Part shown: piece by piece, positions 39,501-52,400 of the stretch
Numbering within the stretch: position 1 is the stretch's first letter
How the letters are laid out: every line of letters begins with the position of its first letter
Source of the DNA: Octopus vulgaris
Lineage: Eukaryota
Reading direction: 5' to 3'
NCBI GenBank assembly: GCA_951406725.2
Contig: OX597819.1
Coordinates: forward strand, 84,816,001-84,880,000
DNA: 64,000 nt
The notes under the pieces: model-generated
What the model was told of the DNA's origin: nothing
The model's input: the letters and a program-made list of their open reading frames with translations, nothing else
Databases searched by the model: none
Made by a program: the position numbers and the translations under genes

Positions 39501-42500
39501 ATGATCAATGCCCATGAGTTGTCTCGGTTACAAGTGTACAGGGTGAAAGATTGAGCTAAAATTCATAATTTTCTTTCCATTTTGCAACAAACTTACTCTT
39601 ATGATGAAACTTTTATATTTTTGAAAGTGGTAACTTGATGTCTTAACACTTTAGTGTTCAGATTACTCTGTTAAATGTAATAATTTTTCACTCAAATTGT
39701 TTTGAATTAATCATGCATTATCTTATAGCTTTGAGGTTTCAATGATGTGATTGTTTGTTTTTAGAATATCAATGTAGGTTAGGTGTGAGAGGCTAGATAT
39801 TGCCCGTTTGAATGTAAAACATGTAGAATATCTGGGCCGGATATGGCCGGTTTAAACACTAAAGGGTTAAACAACTGTTTTGAGAAATATATATGTGTAT
39901 GTCTGTCTATGTACATACATACAGAGGGAGATATATTTCTTTATTGCCCACAAAGGGCTAAACATAGAAGGGACAAACAAGGAATAAGGGATTAAGTCGA
40001 TAACATCGACCCCAGTGCAAAACTGGTACTTTATTTATCGACCCCGAGAGGATGAAAGGCAAAGTTGACCTCCGCGGAATTTGAACTCAGAACGTAACGA
40101 CAGACGAAATACTGCTAAGCATTTCGCCCGGCGCGCTAACGTGTCTGCCAGCTCGCCGCCTGGAGATAGCAAGAGAGAAAGGGAAGTTGCAAACCAAACT
40201 GGAAGTTATGTTATAGACAAATTTCACAAAAATTATAATAATGATTACATCTGTTAGGAAACTGGGGATTTGGGATCAGCAATACAGTCTAGCCAATGTA
40301 TTAAATACTGAGATTATTGTCACATACAAGATCTTCACAGATGAAGCAATAACTGGAGAGTTTAATTTGTTTATTATTTACAATTTAAGTTGAGCTACAT
40401 TTCTCATCATCATCATCATCGTTTAACGTCCGTTCTCCATGCTAGCATGGGTTGGACGGTTCGACCGGGGATCTGGGAAGCCAGAAGGCTGCACCAGGCT
40501 CCAGTCTTATCTGGCAATGTTTCTACAGCTGGATGCCCTTCCTAACGCCAACCACTCCGTGAGTGTAGTGGGTGCTTTTTACGTGCCACCTGCACAGGTG
40601 CCAGGCCAGGCTGGCAACGGCCACGGTTGGATTGGTGTATTTTGTGTGCCACCGGCACGGAAGCCAGTCGAGGCGGCGCTGGCATCGGCCACGAGTCGGA
40701 TAGTGCTTTTTACGTAGTGAGATAGTGCTTTTTACGTAAAGACGTTATAAGCACCAGATTGAGACAGAAAGGAGCCACGTTTAACTGTCAGGACTTGAAC
40801 TAGTCTTTTGCTTACCTGGCAACCACTTAAAAAAAATTACACTTTAGAATACCTACCACACAAATTGGGTGCCATAAATTGATTTTCTATCATAAGAAAA
40901 TCAATTAGTTAACTACAGAGAGGCACCTTGCTATGTAGAACATTAGTATCATAATCTATCTTGCTAGTGCTAAGTAACTGACCAACTATCTTGAGGGGAT
41001 AAAGTAGTTACTCTTTTACTTGTTTCAGTCATTTGACTGTGGCCATGCTGGAGCACCGCCTTTAGTCGAGCAAATTGACTCCAGGACTTATTCTTTGTAA
41101 GCCTAGTACTTATTCTATCGGTCTCTTTTGCTGAACCACTAAGTTACGGGGACGTACATATACCATCATCAGTTGTCAAGTGATGGTGGGGGTACAAACA
41201 TAGACACACACACATATATACGATGGGCTTCTTTCAGTTTCCGCCTACCAAATCCACTCACAAGGCTTTGGTCGGCTATAGTAGAAGACACTTGCCCAAG
41301 GTGCTACACAGTGGGACTGAACCCGGAACCATGTGGTTGGTTAGCAAGTTACTTACCACACAGCCACTCCTACGCCTAAGAATAAAAAAAAAAAGAAAGA
41401 AACAGATTTATAGTACTTAATATAAGAAGTACAATTAGTATGTGTTCTGTAGTATAGTCAGTAATGTGGTTGGATGGAAAACAACAGATATGCACTTAGA
41501 CACCTGCTCTGAGCCTGGTGCACTTTTCAGTCTCAAATTAATACTTTGTTGTCATCCTCAATTCCATGCTGGTATGGGATATAAAATTTGTCACAATTTC
41601 AGTCAGTTCTTATTCAGATTTACTACCCTCTTACATAGGTTGAGAATCTGACTTCCACAAACATTCCATTTTTGGCATTGTTTCTGTGGTTTTTGTCAGG
41701 AACTACTTTAAGCAGTGTGTAATAATGTCTAATAACATTTGAAAATATTCAACCACTTATAAGGTGGTGAGATGGTAGAATTGTAAGTACACAGAGCAAA
41801 ATGCTTAGTGGCATTTTGTCCGTCTGCATGTTCTGAGTTCCAATTCTGCTGAGGTTGACTTTGCCTTTCATCCTTTTGAGGTCAATAAAATAAGTATCAG
41901 TTGAACACAGGGTTCCATGTAATTGACTTAACTCCTTATCTGAACTTGTTGGTCTTTGCCAAAATTTGAAACCAATATTTAACCACTTATCAAAACCTTT
42001 ATTATTTAATCTCTATTTCAATTTGGTAGATTATATAAAAATAAAATTTAAATTTACCGAAACCATTTACTATGATACATAGCAACACATCTTCCAGCAG
42101 ATTTTGTCTTCTTCCAGCTAAAAGCTGTTTCTTGTAAACATTTGTGAATGGACATGAATTCTTTACATCTTCCATTCTGAAAATACCAATGTTTCATCAA
42201 TTTAAGGCCTAAGAGATTACCAACTGTATGAAAAAAAATGGACACAAAAGACAGATTCTTAGAAAACATAATTATGTGATAATGTAAGTGTATTGTAGCT
42301 AGGATAGAAAAAATAAACAATACTTAAGTAGATTGTCAATGCCAACATGTAAAAGTTACCGCTTGGGTGATAAACATATATTACAAACTTGATGTGGAGT
42401 ACTTGAAAAAATTGCAAATTTATATATTTTAAGTGAAAATATTTTTTAAAATGTAATTCATAGAAAAAAAAAAAAGGTTAAATTTAGTTTTTTTCCATCT

Positions 42501-44628
42501 TAGTATTACATTCCAGATTAAATTTTCATTGGAATTCTACTTTAACCCCTTAATGGATCAATTATTTTGACATGGCGTTTCATTTCAGAGCATATTTTTT
42601 TATTTCCTTTTTTAATTATATACACTGTGTTAATTACAAAAAAAAGTTTATCTTGTTTCCTTTATTTTTTATTATAGAGATTAAAATGCACTTTTACTCA
42701 TTTGGATTTAAACAATTTAACTCGGACAATGAAAAAATACATATAACTTAACTATCTTCGATTTTTTTATAAGATGTATTGCTTTTAAATCAAAGAAAAA
42801 TTTTTTTTAAATGAGATAGATAGTTTATTTAGAATGATAATTTTTAAAACAAGGAGTTACACACAAAGTTATCTTGCAGACATTACACATGTACCTGTTT
42901 TCTCTTCGAATCGGTCAAGCAATTGATTCCGTGCCATGCACATGCATCTATCTGATTATCTTCTTTGTCATCTTCTGAAAAATTGTCGGAGTCTGAACTA
43001 CACGTGTCTAATTCATCCCCAGAGCTTTCCAGATTGTGAAATTAAAAATCGCTTTCGTGATCACTGAGTATATCTAAATCTTCATCCATTTTGAGAAAAA
43101 AAATGCGTAAATAATTCTCTTATTTGTATAAATAATAGAGAATCAAAACGAAATGGTTCTAAAATGACATCAAAGTCCTTCTGAATCTGAGTATGCACTG
43201 AAGTAAAAGTTCAAAACTCAGAAGCATAAATTCTTTGAAATGGCACCAGAATATGTGCTGCCAAGTGTACAACAACGTGAGTAAATTCGTGGTTGCTCAA
43301 AAATGAAACGACACAAAACAAATAAACTCATTTGAGTGCTAAAATTAAAAGTTAATTTTGACCGAGTATACTCGTCTGGTTCTAAAAAGATACATTTGCG
43401 ATGCATGAGTAAACTTGGAATAATCCATTAAGGGATTAAGCATGCCATATAACCTCTCATACCTTTTTCCATATTTTGGAATTTTCAGAAAATTTTAATG
43501 AATTTGTATTCTACACATGGGAATACAAATGACTATGAAAAAAACAGAATTTTTTTTATTCTATGAAATTAAGTGACGAGGAGGGTATGAGGTGGTTGTG
43601 AGATGTGCTAAAAAACAACAGCTAAATAGTTCCTTAAGTCACGCACCAAAAATCATTTTTTGGTTTTTGTATAATTGTATGAAGTGGTTGATGATTTCAT
43701 CTTCCTTGGCTCCAAAATAAATCGAGATGGTGACTGCACTCCAGAAATAAGACGGCGGATAGTACTAGGCAGAGATGCAATGGTCAGCATGAGCAGGGTC
43801 TGGAAGAGTAGAGACATCAGACTCGCTACCAAATGCAGATTGGTGAATGCAGTTGTCTTCCCAATAGCAACATATGGATACAAGACCTGGACACTAAAGA
43901 AAGCTGACCAGAAGAGAATTAATGCATTCGAGCTTTGGTGTTGGAGAAGACTTTTACGGATTCCATGGACAGCGAGGCTCACCAATGGAGAAGTTCTTAA
44001 GCAGATCAGGCCGAAAATGTCGCTAGAAGCTAGGATCACCAAGTATAGATTGGCATATTTCGGTCATATTATGTGGAGAAAATCCCTGGAGAAGGACATC
44101 ATGCTCGGAATGGTCAGTGGCAAGAGAGGAAGAGGCTGACCAAGAACCTGCTGGCTTGACACCATCAAGAGGGATACCGGAATGGACATAGCCAATCTGA
44201 AAGAAGCGGCCCAGGATAGAACTGTCTGGAGGACACTGATCCAATGAGTGACCGAGAGTCGACTTCAACTGAGCGGATAGATAGATAGTATGAATTTCTA
44301 TGTGTAGAACACAAATTCACAAAAATTTTCTGAAAATTCCAAAAAATAGAAAAGGTATAAGGAGTTATATGGTGTGTGTAAAGCAGAATTCCACCAAATT
44401 TTAAAATCTAATAAATTTCAGATCATACAAATATTCCATGTGATTAAAATATATGTAGGTGCAGACATGGCTGAGTGGTTAAGAACCTTGCTTTGCAACC
44501 ACATGGTTTCAGGTTCAGTCTCATTGTGCAATACATTAGAAGTGTTCTCTCCTATAGGCCTGGGCTGACCAATGCTTCGGGAATGAATTTGGTAGATGGA
44601 AACTGTGTGGAAGCCCATCATGTGTGCA

Positions 44629-44669
<41 letters not shown>

Positions 44670-47600
44670 AGAGTTTATGAAAAAAACAACAAAAGACAAA
44701 GACAGGTGGTGTACAAAACAAACAGATGTATTAGTATAACGCTCAGGAAAAGAAAAAGTCTTTTACGTTTCGAGCCTACGCTCTTCTACAGAAAGGGACA
44801 CAGAAAACAAGGAGAGAAAAAAGATATATATATATATATATCTTAGTGTATGCATGTGTGCAAGTAGTATAAAAATGTATGCTTTTTTCTTTCTAAAATG
44901 ACACAGTAACTCTTAAAACAGAGTACCAGTTCTTAAAGATTCAAAAATAAATATTAAATAATGAAAACCAGTTAAATTGTCTTTTCACAATGTATTTGCA
45001 TTAAGCATGATATACAGATGGCTATTTTAATCTAATACCACTTCTGTTGCCCACAGTGGAATTTTATTTAGTTGCATGGATAATTGCAACACCAGTGATT
45101 TTGTTGCAATTATCCATGCAACAAAATCACTGTGTCAGTGGCAATAGATTTTGTCTTAGCATACTGTTAGTAGTGGATAAATGCTACTGACAAAGTGCAA
45201 AGAAACAGAAATGCGAATCTAGTATTGTCACCATTGTTGTTGGATGATTTTTCACTGTTATTAATATATTTTCTGTGTTTTTAAATGCAATTTGTCATAA
45301 TAGATATCTCCAGATGAATACTGCAGTTAACTTGCCTTTTGCAATGTATTTGCATTAAATATAATTAAGTATGATACACAGATAGCTGTATGTATGTGTG
45401 TGTGTGTGATTATGTTTGTACTCTCAACTCCCAACACCTGACAACTGATGTTGGATTTTTTCTCTCCATAACTTAGTGGTTTGCCAAAAGAGACCAATAC
45501 AATAAGTGCCAATCTTAAAAAAATAAATAAGTGTCGCAGTCAGTTGGCTCAACTAAATCCTTCAAGGTGGTGCCATAGCATGGCTGCAATCCAATGATTG
45601 AAACATGTAAAATATATATCCATGGGGAACTCAAATCACAGAATGTACTATTTTACTGGTTTTTAATCTTTGAACTGTACCCATGCTGCAGTAACATCTA
45701 TAAGAAATTTAGCTGAATATAAATTGCATGAATGGCAACCACAAGGTATTTTTGTTTGATGTACTTATTTACCAGCAATCCCTTTCTTATATATATGGCT
45801 TAGTGGTTAGGGTGTTGCACTCATGATCGAGCGATTGTGATTTCAAATCCTAGACATTGTGTTCTTGGGCAAACGCTTCATTTTGAGTTACTCTGCAATT
45901 TCTTCTATATCTGCACAAACATCTGATCACTATAAAATGAATCATTTGTGCAGGTTGGTTTGCAAAGGCTGAATGTTCATACATCATTTTTGATGGGTGA
46001 GTCCATTGTATGTGTGTGTATGTGTCACTTTCTCTCTCTACAGACACCCCAATGGACCCAGAGAAGATGAGGCCCTTCAGCTCTTTAGCTGCTCATCTAA
46101 GACAAGGTAACTCCAGGCAAATCCTGCATCCTGAGAAGTACTGGGCTTGTGGTATATATTGCACCAGACTAATAAAAAGTTTGAAGAAAGAGAGAGCAGG
46201 AATGGCTCTGCAAGAAATATGCCCAGTATTCATTGTGCAAGTTGATCAGTAAACAAAGACACCAGCTCCAACACCACCACACTTACTTTATGAATCTAGT
46301 GACAATAGGGGAAGAGGCAACAGGAAGACAGGTAGAAGATGTCTTCAGCTTTGACTCTATACACAGGTAGCCATAAGGTTGTCATGTTTCTGTATCTTGC
46401 TGAATCCTCATTTGTTGAAGTAGTAGGAGAGTCCATAATGCATGTATTATGTGTGTACGTGTGTGTGTATTGTTTCAGCATGTCTTCACACTCGTACCAT
46501 TTGAATGAAAATGGCAACACTTATTTAATTCTCTTGTGAACACAAACCTTGCAGCTTGGCAGTTACAATAGTTTCGACATGTGAAATGCAGTGGAGTCAA
46601 AATAATTTGCTTGAAAAGTAAGGGTTAGCAACAGGAAGAAATATATTTAAATTTATTTACCTTTTCACTAACTACATGAGCCCAAAAACAATACCTGTTC
46701 ACAACTCTTGTGATACATACTACAATTTCATTTGTCAGTAGTTCAGATTCTAGAGAAAATTCTCTATAAATATGGATCAGACGAGCGGTTTCTTTGTGGA
46801 AACTTATGATAGGATCCTGATCACTTGCTGTAGTGTTTTCTGGAAAAGATATAACCCAAAAGTGAAATTAACCCGTTTGTTATTATATTTCTGTTGACAT
46901 ACTTGGCCTCTGTTTCAATTAATTTCCAAAACAACGAAAAATTTAGTAAAGTAACTTTGTCACTATTGAGCTAGTATTTGAAACATAAATGTGAAATCTT
47001 GATGGAAGCTTTAAATTTAGATCACTTTAACCCTTTCGTTACCAAACCGCCCGAAAAAAATTTTGGTTAATGTGACCAAACCGCCCAAAGCTACCTATTC
47101 ATATTTAAATGAGAATATCAGAGCAAATCTCTTTAGTACATTCGTGAAAATACGTATTATACTTCGTAAAGAGTTCAACTACAGTTTTGTACAAAAATCG
47201 AAGTGTAATTTTAATTCCGTGAATTTTGGGAGATTTTTTTCCGAAATTTGTTCCTATTGTGTTTTCAAAATTTGTAATTCTGACAAAAAATGGATATGAA
47301 TTTCATTATATCAAGCAGCGAGTCAGAATTCGAAGGATTTTCTACTGAAGACCTTCATAAATCTAACTCTATGACTGAAAAAAAAAAAGCATGTGGTATT
47401 TGATAATGAATCTGATGTTTCATTTTCCGAAAGTGAAAACAGTGAATCCGAGAGTTCCGACAGCAATAAAGAAAATGAATTGGCACCTGAATGGAGTGAA
47501 AATTTAAAAACTGTTTCTTTCGGTGATTTTTCTGAAGAAACTGGACCAAGCCACAGACTTTCCCAGAAGAGTAAAGCCTTAGACTATTTCTTTTTACTTT

Positions 47601-49384
47601 TTCGAATGAGCCTATTTGAAATCATTACGGCGGAAACGAACTGTTACGCTAAATGTAAACAAAGCGAAAGAAAGGATAGTTAGTGGTTTCCCATAACCTT
47701 AAATGAAATTAAGACTATTTTGCCATAAATATTATTATGGGTATCAGAAAGTTACCCAGAATAACAAATTCTATCGTAAAATTTTGTTGTATACCCAATT
47801 TTCTATAGCGATGTTTGAACAAAATTTTAATAATTTTATATTTTGTTGAATTTACCTGTATCTACCTGCAATTAGAGTCACTTTGTGACAAAAATTATAG
47901 TATAGAATTGGTTGAGAACATTTCATTAAATTATCTTCCAAAAATCACATTAATATATTGATAAATAAAAAAGTTATAGATGTTTAATGAAACCAGACTA
48001 AATTTATGATTATGTTAGAAATTAATTGAAACACATAAGGGGTGTATTTTGGTCAGAAATATAGTAACGTAAGGGTTAAAACAGGCTGTTTGTACTATAG
48101 AATTATGGGCGATCTCTGGTGGTTTGGTATTAAAAGGGTCAAACTGCAAATACTAAGTTTATTTGATATAATTTGTAATAACTAATATGCTAATGTGAAG
48201 GGAAGCTTATTAGCAGAAATAATGTAATGCTGGAATAAATTGATTTCTCTTATTTGTTTTCTCTGTCTTTATTCAGAGTTCAATTCCTGTTTGAGATAAT
48301 TTTACATTCCATGTCACAGGGATGAACCAATAATACGTAAGGTTTGATTCAACTGTTTCTCTCTTGCAAATGTTTGTCTAGTACACAGTCAAAAGAAATC
48401 ATTATTAAGTAATGAGTTAGCAGAATTATTAGAACATCAGAATAGTTGCAGTGTGGTATTTGATCTGAATCCTTACGTTCTGTGTTCAAATCCTGCTGAT
48501 GTCAACTTTGACTTTTATCTCTCTCAATAAAATAAAGTACCAGTCAAATACCAAGGTTGATGATATTGACTAGCTCCCTCCCTTCAAAACTGCTGGCTTT
48601 GTGCCTAAATCAGAAACACTTAACCCCTTGCTTGTCTTGTGTATAACATGTGATACACTGGTCATATTTCTCTAGTGTCCAATCTCCTTATGATACACAC
48701 TCCCACTTTTGTTCAATCACTTATTGTTCATCCCTGTGACATGGAATGTAAAGTTATCTCAAACAGGAATTGAGACTTATGAAAGGAAAGCTTTATATAA
48801 CTCAATGTATGAAACAAGGGCTAACTAAAAGTTTGAAAGCAAAATTTAACAACCATTTTCTATGCTGGCGTGGGTTGGATGGTTTGACAGGAGCTGGCTA
48901 GGTAGAAGACTACACCAGGCTTCGCTGTCCATTTTGGCACAGTTTTTACAGTGGGATGCCCTTCCAAACACCAGCCACTTTACAATGTGGAGTGGATGCT
49001 TTTTATGTATCAACAGCACTGGTGGGGTTACCAAGTAATTCGCAAGACAAAGATCCTTTAAGAAGTGGGGCATTAGAGGAAGTGGCCTTGTGCCGGGTGA
49101 AGAGAGGTTAGTGTGACAGGGACAGAAACAGGTGTCTTACTGTAGAATTCTAAAAATCAATGAATTCTTTTGAAATCCTGTGTTTAGCAAGTACTAAAAA
49201 AAAAAAAAAATTTTTAATTTACAGGAGTGGCTGTGTGGTAAGTAGCTTGGTTACCAACCACATGGTTCCAGGTTCATTCCCACTGCATGACATCTTGGGC
49301 AAGTGTCTTCTACTATAGCCTCAGGCTGACCAAAGCCTTGTGAGTGGATTTTGTAGATGGAAACTGAAGGAAGCCCATCGTATA

Positions 49385-49427
<43 letters not shown>

Positions 49428-52400
49428 TCATCATCATCATCATTTAACGTCCGCTTTCCATGCTAGCATGGGTTGGACGGTTCAACTGGGGTCTGGGGAG
49501 CCCGAAGGCTGCACCAGGCCAGTCAGATCTGGCAGTGTTTCTACAGCTGGATACCCTTCCTAACGCCAACCACTCCGAGAGTGTAGTGGGTGATTTTATG
49601 TGCCACCGACACAGGTGCCAGACGAGGCTGGCGAACGGCCACGCTCGGATGGTGTTTTTTTATGTGCCACCGACACAGGTGCCAGACGAGGCTGGCAGAC
49701 GGCCACGCTCGGATGGTGTTTTTATGTGCCACCGACACAGGTGCCAGATGAGGCTGGCGAACGGCCACAATCGGATGGTGTTTGTTACGTGCCCACGGCA
49801 CGGAGACCAGTCGATGCGGTACTGGCTACGGCCACGTTCGGATGGTTTTCTTATGTGCCACTGGCACTGGTACCACAAAGATACAAATTCCATTGATGTT
49901 CATCTATTTTGATTTGTTTTGATTTTCACTTGCCTCAACAGGTCTTCACAAGTGTCACAAGAAGGAAGGTATGCACAGGTGGACTGACTACGTCCCAGGT
50001 AGGGGCCACGGGTTATGGCCTGACTAGTCTTGCCGGGTCTTCGGATGGTGTTTTTATGTGCCACCGACACAGGTGCCAGATGAGGCTGGCGAACGGCCAT
50101 GATCAGATGGTGTTTGTTACGTGCCCACAGCACGGAGGCCAGTCGATGCGGTACTGGCTACGGCCACGTTCGGATGGTTTTCTTGTGTGCCACCGGCACT
50201 GGTACCACAAAGATACAAATTCCATTGATGTTCATCTATTTTGATTTGTTTTGATTTTCACTTGCCTCAACAGGTCTTCACAAGTGTCACAAGAAGGAAG
50301 GTATGCACAGGTGGACTGACTACGTCCCAGGTAGGGGCCACGGGTTATGGCCTGACTAGTCTTGCCAGGTCTTCGGATGGTGTTTTTATGTGCCACCGAC
50401 ACAGGTGCCAGATGAGGCTGGCGAACGGCCATGATCGGATGGTGTTTGTTACGTGCCCACAGCACGGAGGCCAGTCGATGCGGTACTGGCTACGGCCACG
50501 TTCGGATGGTTTTCTTGTGTGCCACTGGCACTGGTACCACAAAGATACAAATTCCATTGATGTTCATCTATTTTATATATATATATATATGTATGTATGT
50601 GTGTGTGTATGTTTGTGTGTCTGTGTTTGTCCCCCCAACATTGCTTGACAACCGATGGTGGTGTGTTTATGTCCCTGTAACTCAGTGGTTCAGCAAAAGA
50701 GACTGATAGAATAAGTACTAGGCTTACAAATAATAAGTCCTGGGGTTGATTAGCTCGACTAAAAGGCGGTGTCCAGCATGGCCGCAGTCAAATGACTGAA
50801 ACAAGTAAAAGAGTATATTCAGCAGTTTTGATAAGCATATTCAACTGTTTTGATACCAACCCACCTGGGATTGCTCTTGGTCCTATGATATAAAACTTCT
50901 CGTTTTAAAATGATCAAAATTTCATCAAACACCAGCTTAATAATGGCAACGTTATTTAATTAAATTCATTGTTATTCTCAAAATTAATTGAAGCAAAGGC
51001 AGCGTATTTCAACAAAAAAAACAAAAACAAAACAAACAAAAAAAGGGGTTAAATGCAAAATTAAATAAACCAGAAAATTTGAACAAGGAAGTATTTATAT
51101 TTCTTTTTTTTTTTAAAGCTGAAGGCTGCAGTAAAGTCTAAAGAAAGAGTAGTTACAATTATCTATACTTATTGATTGAAGACTGATGACTTGAGGAGGA
51201 AACAAAATAATCTGGTTGATGAAAAAACTAGCCAAGATTATCATAGGAAATTATCCAAAATTTCAGCTACAATAAATTATGTACTGTTTTCTAATTTTAG
51301 ACATTTAGCAATATGTTAGATCACATTATATTGATGAAATCCTTTCTTTGCTTGATCATAAATCTGTTCACATATTTTTAGTTTAAGGTAGCAAGCAGGC
51401 AAAATTGTTAGCATGTCCGACAAAATATTCAGCAGCATTTCTTCTGATTCATTACATTCTGAGTTCAAATTCCCACTGCCCTTAAAATTGCTGGTATTGC
51501 GCCACAATTGCTAATTTTTTACACTTTTACTTGTTTCAGTCATTTGACTGTGGCCATGCTGGAGTACCACCTTTAGTTGAGCAAATTGAACCCAGGACTT
51601 ATTCTTTGTAAGCCTAGTACTTATTCTATTGGTCTCTTTTGCCGAACCGCTAAGTTACGGGGACGTAAACACACCACCATCGGTTGTCAAGCGATGTTGG
51701 GGGGACAAACACAGACACAAAAACATACACACATATATATATATCGTTCGCCAGCCTCGTCTGGCACCTGTGTCGGTGGCACATAAGAAAACACCATCCG
51801 AGTGTGGCCGTCTGCCAGCCTCGTCTGGCACCTGTGTCGGTGGCACATAAAAAAACACCATCCGAGCGTGGCCGTCTGCCAGCCTGGTCTGGCACCTGTG
51901 TCGGTGGCACATAAAATCACCCACTACACTCTCAGAGTGGTTGGTGTTAGGAAGGGCATCCAGCTGTAGAAACACTGCCAGATCTGACTGGCCTGGTGCA
52001 GCCTTCGGGCTTGCCAGACCCCAGTTGAACCGTCCAACCCATGCTAGCATGGAAAGCGGACGTTAAACGATGATGATGATGATGATGATACATATATACG
52101 ACGGGCTTCTTTCAGTTTCTGTCTACCAAATCCACTCACAAGGCTTTGGTCGGCCCGAAGGCTATAGTAGAAAAAGAAAATTAAGATTATAAATTTTTCA
52201 TGCAAATTTTTTACTGAAATTTGATTCAATTTATAAAAATTTTCTAGTTGAAAAATTTTTTTAATTCTTAGTTTTGCTTGCTATAATTTAGTAATACAAT
52301 AAATGTTATTACCTTGAACTTCCTCGACAGATCCTGAACTATTTGAAAAGTTATCGTTAGTGAGTATTGCTTCAACATAAGGCGACGAAACAAGCAAAAC

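Noticed and set aside
45071-45132. Short palindrome gttgcatggataattgcaac…gttgcaattatccatgcaac
   Set aside because: Likely a local replication template switch; no further structure
49460-52050. Cluster of long Cys/His/Arg-rich ORFs; repeat units superficially CRISPR-like
   Set aside because: Translations of GC-rich tandem retroposon units; no unique spacers and no cas genes
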